NCBI GenBank assembly: GCA_963845515.1 | Contig: CAWJSR010000029.1 | Location: forward strand, 320,001 to 384,000 | Source: an uncultured delta proteobacterium | Lineage (GTDB): Bacteria; Myxococcota; Myxococcia; Myxococcales; Anaeromyxobacteraceae | Direction: 5' to 3' | DNA: 64,000 nucleotides | In this document: in pieces, positions 59,331 through 64,000 of the stretch | Layout of the letters: each line of letters opens with the position of its first letter | Numbering within the stretch: position 1 is the stretch's first letter | Translations under genes and position numbers: made by a program | The notes under the pieces: model-generated | Told to the model about the DNA's origin: nothing | The model's input: the letters and a program-made list of their open reading frames with translations, nothing else | The model's database searches: none

Positions 59331-60155
59331 CTATCGCGCCGGCAGATCCGTTCCCATGTACGCAGCGAGGTCGGCGGCAGCAGCCTCGACGATTTCGGCC
59401 CCCACCTGGACCGCTTCCCTGGCGAAGCCCTCCAAGAGCGCGTTCGCGGCCAGCTGGTTGATCCGACGGGGCAGCCCGCGCGCGTGGCGGTGCAGGCTCG
59501 CGATCGCCTCCTCGGTGAAGAGCGGCGCCGAGCGGCCGGCCACCGCCAGCCGGTGCGCGACGTAGCGACCCGTCTCCACCTCGTCGAGCGGTCCGACGTG
59601 GTAGGCGACGCCGATCCGCTGTGCGAAGGCCTCCCCTCCGCGCTCCCGGATCCGCTCCCGGAGCTCAGGCTGGCCGAGGAGGATCAGGCCGACCAGCTGC
59701 CGATCGTCTGCCGCGAGGTTCGTGAGCAGCCTGAGCTCGTCGAAGGCGGGCCGGCCTGCCAGCAGCTGCGCCTCGTCGATCACCACCACCGGGAAGAGCC
59801 CGTCCTCGTCGAGCCTGGAGAAGCGCTCGGCGAGCGCGGCGTAGGTCTCGTTCTTCCGGTGGAGCCCGCTGAGCCCGAACCCGTCCGCGATCGCCCCGAG
59901 CAGCTGCGCCGGAGGGAGCGCAGGGTTGACGATGAAGCTGAAGCGGCAGCGCTCGGCGAACTCGTCCACGAGGGCGCGCGAGAGCGTCGTCTTACCCGCC
60001 CCGACGTCGCCCGTGAGCACCGCGATCTCCCGCTCCTCGACGGCGTGCGAGAGTCGCGCGAGCGCCTCGGCGTGCTGCCGCGACGGAAAGAGGAACGCCG
60101 GGTCCGGCGTCTTCGAGAAGGGCTTCCGGGCCAGGCCGAAGTACTCGAGGTACAT
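59331..60155 (-). CDS. ExeA/GspA-family AAA ATPase
   Basis: MYLEYFGLARKPFSKTPDP, GDVGAGKT, IDEAQ, LLGQPEL, GLPRRIN. Confidence 0.9.
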   Translation of the reverse strand: MYLEYFGLARKPFSKTPDPAFLFPSRQHAEALARLSHAVEEREIAVLTGDVGAGKTTLSRALVDEFAERCRFSFIVNPALPPAQLLGAIADGFGLSGLHRKNETYAALAERFSRLDEDGLFPVVVIDEAQLLAGRPAFDELRLLTNLAADDRQLVGLILLGQPELRERIRERGGEAFAQRIGVAYHVGPLDEVETGRYVAHRLAVAGRSAPLFTEEAIASLHRHARGLPRRINQLAANALLEGFAREAVQVGAEIVEAAAADLAAYMGTDLPAR

Positions 60156-60160
60156 GCGGC

Positions 60161-62263
60161 CTAACCCGCGGCCTCGCGCCCTGGCGCGCCCGTCGTGACG
60201 TCCTCGATGATCGGCCCGACGTCCAGGACGAGGACCGTGTGCTGGTTGCCCAGGTCGGTGGCCCCGGCGATGCCGCGGATCCCGTGCAGGGCCTTGCCCA
60301 GCGGCTTCACCACGATGTCCTGCTGCCCGAGGAGGTCGTCGACCGCGATGCCGAGCCGCTCCTGCGCCAGCCCGACGACGACGACGTAGAACGGATCGGC
60401 CGCGCGCGCGCCGCTGAGCGCGAAGAACGAGGAGAGCCGGACGAGCGGCAGCGTCGCGCCGCGCAGGGTGATGACCTCACGGTTCGAGAGCGTGCGCACC
60501 TCGGCGGCGACGACCTGCAGGATCTCCAGGACGCCGTTGAGCGGGACGGCGTAGGTCCTGCCGGCGACCGCGACCACCAGCGCCCGCACGATGGCGAGGG
60601 TGGTCGGGAGGGTGATCTCGAACCGCGTCCCGTGTCCCCGCACCGAGTGGAGCTCGATGATCCCCGAGAGGTTCGCGATGTTGTTCTTCACGACGTCCAT
60701 GCCGACGCCGCGCCCCGAGAGCGACGTCACCTGGCGCGCCGTCGAGAAGCCCGGGACGAAGATGAGGTTCATCACCTCGCGCCGCGTCATCTCGCGGACC
60801 GCCTCGGCGCCGGCCAGGCCGCGCTGCACGGCCACCTCGCGGATCCGCTCCTCGTCGATCCCGGCGCCGTCGTCCTCGACGACGATCTCGACGTGGTTCC
60901 CCTTCTGCGCCGCCGCGAGCGTGACGCGCCCCGCGCGAGGCTTGCCCAGGCGCTCCCGCACCTCGACCGGCTCCACCGCGTGATCGATGGCGTTACGGAT
61001 GAGGTGCATCAGCGGATCCGAGAGCTCCTCGACGATCAGCTTGTCGATCTCGACGTCGCCGCCGGAGACCGTGAGGTCGATCTCCTTCCCCACCTCGCGG
61101 GCGATCTTGCGGACCATCCGCGCCAGCTTGTCGAACACCTGCTCGAGCGGCACCATCCGCACCTCGAGGATGCCGGACTGGAGCTCCGCGAGCTTCCGCT
61201 CCAGGCTCCTGTTGGCGCGGTGCAGCTCGGCCGTGAGCACCGGGTCTCCGCCCTCGATCTTGAGCCGCTCGGCGACCGCTGCGAGGCTCGACTTCACCAG
61301 CACCAGCTCGCCGACCACGTTCATCAGGCGGTCCAGCTTCCGGATGTCGACGCGGACCGCCTGCGATGCGGAGCGGAGTGACGCCACCTCGGGCTCCGCC
61401 AGCGGCGAAGGCGAGTAGGACGCCGCCGGACGCGGCGCGGGACCGCCGGGCTCGATCAGGAATTCCGAGGGCGGCGGCGCCTGCGGCCGCGGCGGCGCCA
61501 CGGCCCCGCCGGGACGGTCCCGCGGCTGGGCCCGCCCGACCGGCTCGACGAAGCCCCCCGGCCCCACCGCGTGGCGGACGACCTCCAGGGGCTCCTGCGA
61601 CGCGAAGAGGAGGTCGAAGCCGATGGCCTCAGGGTCGGCGACGTCGTGGGACGGGAGCGTCGAGACGACCTCTCCCAGGGGCTTCAGCCGCGTGGAGAGC
61701 GACGCGAGCTCGCGGTCGAACGAGGCGAGCTCGAAGGCCACCTTGACGCGGAGGATCGCGATCCCCTTCGTCACGTTGGAGCGGAGCCGGTGCTCCTCGT
61801 ACTCGGTCAGGACGGCTCGGACCTCGGGACCCAGCCCCACGGAGTCCAGCGCGTCCGCCGCAGCGGCGGGCGCAGCGGGGCCCGCCGCTCGCAGCCGACG
61901 GACGAGCTCTCCAGCGGCGTCGCCGGTCTGCGGAGGCGCCCCGGAGGCCTCCTCGGCCATGATCCTGGTGAAGACCTCGGGGGTCTCCAGCAGGAGGTCG
62001 ACCGTCGCGCGATCGGCAGCGCGGCGCCCCATCCGCAGGTCGTCCAGGACGTCCTCGAGCGCATGCGCCAGCCGGGCCATGCGCTCGACCCCGAACATGG
62101 AGGCGAGCCCCTTGAGCGTGTGCGAGGCGCGGAAGACCGCGTTGAGGAGATCCGGCTCCGGCTCGGACACGCCCTCGAGGCGCAGGAGATCCTTGCCGAG
62201 GGAATCTACCGATTCCTGCGCCTCGGAGAGGAAGTCCGCAAGCCTCTGGGATTGATCGGCCAT
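60161..62263 (-). CDS. cheA: Chemotaxis histidine kinase CheA
   Basis: FRASHTLKG (HPt), HLIRNAIDH, DDGAGID, GFSTA, SGRGVGMDVV, C-terminal CheW domain. Confidence 0.96.
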   Translation of the reverse strand: MADQSQRLADFLSEAQESVDSLGKDLLRLEGVSEPEPDLLNAVFRASHTLKGLASMFGVERMARLAHALEDVLDDLRMGRRAADRATVDLLLETPEVFTRIMAEEASGAPPQTGDAAGELVRRLRAAGPAAPAAAADALDSVGLGPEVRAVLTEYEEHRLRSNVTKGIAILRVKVAFELASFDRELASLSTRLKPLGEVVSTLPSHDVADPEAIGFDLLFASQEPLEVVRHAVGPGGFVEPVGRAQPRDRPGGAVAPPRPQAPPPSEFLIEPGGPAPRPAASYSPSPLAEPEVASLRSASQAVRVDIRKLDRLMNVVGELVLVKSSLAAVAERLKIEGGDPVLTAELHRANRSLERKLAELQSGILEVRMVPLEQVFDKLARMVRKIAREVGKEIDLTVSGGDVEIDKLIVEELSDPLMHLIRNAIDHAVEPVEVRERLGKPRAGRVTLAAAQKGNHVEIVVEDDGAGIDEERIREVAVQRGLAGAEAVREMTRREVMNLIFVPGFSTARQVTSLSGRGVGMDVVKNNIANLSGIIELHSVRGHGTRFEITLPTTLAIVRALVVAVAGRTYAVPLNGVLEILQVVAAEVRTLSNREVITLRGATLPLVRLSSFFALSGARAADPFYVVVVGLAQERLGIAVDDLLGQQDIVVKPLGKALHGIRGIAGATDLGNQHTVLVLDVGPIIEDVTTGAPGREAAG

Positions 62264-62319
62264 GCCGCGCGGTCGCCGTGCCCGAGGAAGGACCGCGGCG
62301 GGCGGGCCGGCTCAGCGAG

Positions 62320-62889
62320 TCATCGTACCACGGAGACCCCGACCGGCAAGGCGACGCTCCGCGCGCGCACCTCCACCGCGGCGATCTCCACGTTGGCGCC
62401 GCGGGAGCCGAGCGCGTCGCGTGCCGCGACGAGGTCGCGGTGGAGGGCTGGAGCGTCGCCGAGCAGCACCTGCCTGCCGACGGGCTGCTCCATGCTCGCC
62501 TCGAGCCAGAGCCGTGGCCCTGGACCATCGAGCGGCGGCAGCGAGGCGGCGAAGGAGGTGCTGCCGGCCTTCGCCAGCGCGCCACACGCGGTCCTCGCGA
62601 AGGCGGCGAAGCCATCCGCGTCGAGCGGCAGCGCGGGGAGGCCGAAGAAGAAGACGCGCGCGGCGCCGACCCTGCCGGCGGAGGGGAGCAGCAGCGCCTC
62701 GCGCTCACCGCCGCCGTAGAACCGATCGCGCAGCGCGTGCGAGAGCACACCGCAGAGCCGCCAGTCGACCCAACCTGCCAGCCCCTGGAGCGGACGCTCC
62801 GGGCCGACGAAGACGGCGAGCGAGTCCACGTCGAGCGCGTCGAGCGCCGCCAGCGAGAGATCGACCACCTCTATGCGGAGCTTCGTCAC
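62320..62889 (-). CDS. Stand-alone peptidase M17 N-terminal-like domain protein
   Basis: [20 protein letters not shown]...GEREALLL; no catalytic domain. Confidence 0.65.
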   Translation of the reverse strand: MTKLRIEVVDLSLAALDALDVDSLAVFVGPERPLQGLAGWVDWRLCGVLSHALRDRFYGGGEREALLLPSAGRVGAARVFFFGLPALPLDADGFAAFARTACGALAKAGSTSFAASLPPLDGPGPRLWLEASMEQPVGRQVLLGDAPALHRDLVAARDALGSRGANVEIAAVEVRARSVALPVGVSVVR

Positions 62890-63314
62890 CGCCCGCTCGA
62901 CCTCTCGGGCGGCAGCCCGCCGGCGATCCGGTCGAGCACGCCGTTGACGAACGCACCGCTGCTCTCCGAGCCGAACTTCTTCCCGAGCTCGATCGCCTCG
63001 TTGATGATGACCTTCACCGGGGCGTCTCCGTGGAGGAGCTCGAAGACGGCGAGCCTGAGCGCGTTCCTGTCGACGCGGGCCATGCGGTCGACCCGCCAGT
63101 TGGTGGAGGCCGCCTCGATCCGCTCGTCGATCGCGCGCCGCTCGCGGTGGACGCCGCGGACGAACTGCTCCGCCAGCTCCTGGACCTCGCGCTCCGCCGG
63201 CTCGAAGCTCCGCCAGAACCGGGCGAGCGCCTCGTCGATGTCCGACGCGGCGACGTCGATCTGGTACAGCGCCTGCAGGGCGCGCTCGCGCGCCTTGGTC
63301 CGCTTCCCGGTCAC
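62886..63314 (-). CDS. nusB: Transcription antitermination factor NusB
   Basis: [43 protein letters not shown]. Confidence 0.96.
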   Translation of the reverse strand: MTGKRTKARERALQALYQIDVAASDIDEALARFWRSFEPAEREVQELAEQFVRGVHRERRAIDERIEAASTNWRVDRMARVDRNALRLAVFELLHGDAPVKVIINEAIELGKKFGSESSGAFVNGVLDRIAGGLPPERSSGR

Positions 63315-63318
63315 GGCG

Positions 63319-63807
63319 CTAGGCCCGCTTCCCGGCGGGGAGCCTGGCCGCCTCGCGGAAGACGTTCGCCTGCTCGATGGCGGCGGCGGCCGCCTCCGCT
63401 CCCTTGTTGCCAGCCTTCACGCCGGCCCGCTCCAGGGCCTGCTCCATCGTGTCGCAGGTGAGGATGCCCATCGAGACGGCGCAGTCAGCCTCCATCGTGA
63501 CGTGCGCGACACCCTTGGTGGCCTCGGCCGCGACGTACTCGAAGTGAGGCGTGCCGCCGCGGATGATGGCGCCGAGCGCCACCGCGGCGTCGTAGCGGCC
63601 GCTCGCGGCCACCCGCTGCAGGAGCGCCGGGAGCTCGAAGGTGCCGGGGCACCGGAAGACGTCGATGTCCGCGTCCTTCACCCCGTGGCGCCGGAAGGCG
63701 TCCGCCGCCCCGGCGAGCAGCTGCTCGGTGAGGAGCGAGTTGAACCGCGAGACGACGATGGCGACCTTGAGCCCGGTCGCGACGAGCGAGCCCTCGTAGA
63801 CGTTCAT
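63319..63807 (-). CDS. ribH: 6,7-dimethyl-8-ribityllumazine synthase
   Basis: [32 protein letters not shown]. Confidence 0.97.
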   Translation of the reverse strand: MNVYEGSLVATGLKVAIVVSRFNSLLTEQLLAGAADAFRRHGVKDADIDVFRCPGTFELPALLQRVAASGRYDAAVALGAIIRGGTPHFEYVAAEATKGVAHVTMEADCAVSMGILTCDTMEQALERAGVKAGNKGAEAAAAAIEQANVFREAARLPAGKRA

Positions 63808-64000
63808 GGCTTCCTCCGTGCGGCGCGCTTGACTGACGCGCGCGCCGGCTTGGCGGCCCGCCGCTCCGGCGATGCCGAGGCGAGGGTCAATAGGTGGCCG
63901 AGCTTGTCACGCTTCGTGACCAGGTAGGCCCGGTTTCGCTCGGTGGGTGGCATCTCGATCGGGACGCGCTCGACCACCTCGAGCCCGTACCCTTCGAGGC
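63804..64000 (-). CDS. ribBA: C-terminus of GTP cyclohydrolase II (RibBA), truncated by window edge
   Basis: [15 protein letters not shown]...[20 protein letters not shown] overlap with ribH. Confidence 0.88.
   Translation of the reverse strand, partial: LEGYGLEVVERVPIEMPPTERNRAYLVTKRDKLGHLLTLASASPERRAAKPARASVKRAARRKP

Overview
High-GC window that looks myxobacterial (Anaeromyxobacter-like, inferred from gene content). It is mostly core genome on the - strand: ribBA-ribH-nusB, a receptor-less Che cluster, asnS, leuS-lptE, rpsT, mazG, phoH-HD-ybeY-lnt-prfB, pilT, aglZ-pgeF-tsaP-dprA-topA, a TolQ/TolR-type motor, trmFO, aglU-like, xerC, argD-argF and a J-domain/Hsp70 trio. The first 13 kb is an accessory island and holds the best finding. 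A sigma70-like promoter (TTGACA) precedes an unannotated GEMM-I cyclic-dinucleotide riboswitch with A at the ligand-specificity position 20, the 3',3'-cGAMP signature. It heads an operon of a lipoprotein, a roughly 3,600-aa lipoprotein-anchored ZU5/SpvB/FG-GAP/Rhs (TcB-TcC fusion) polymorphic toxin with a DUF6883-like tip, and a DUF4926-like immunity gene, next to a transposase end. Other points: REP-type hairpins lying in frame in the 5' ends of two lipoprotein genes, an MCP-less Che system containing a HEAT protein and an ExeA-like ATPase, DnaA-box-like repeats upstream of rpsT, and a yjbQ remnant. Single-base indels split several housekeeping genes (argF, mazG, asnS, ybeY), so most frameshifts are probably sequencing errors. 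All calls come from manual motif recognition; no searches were run.
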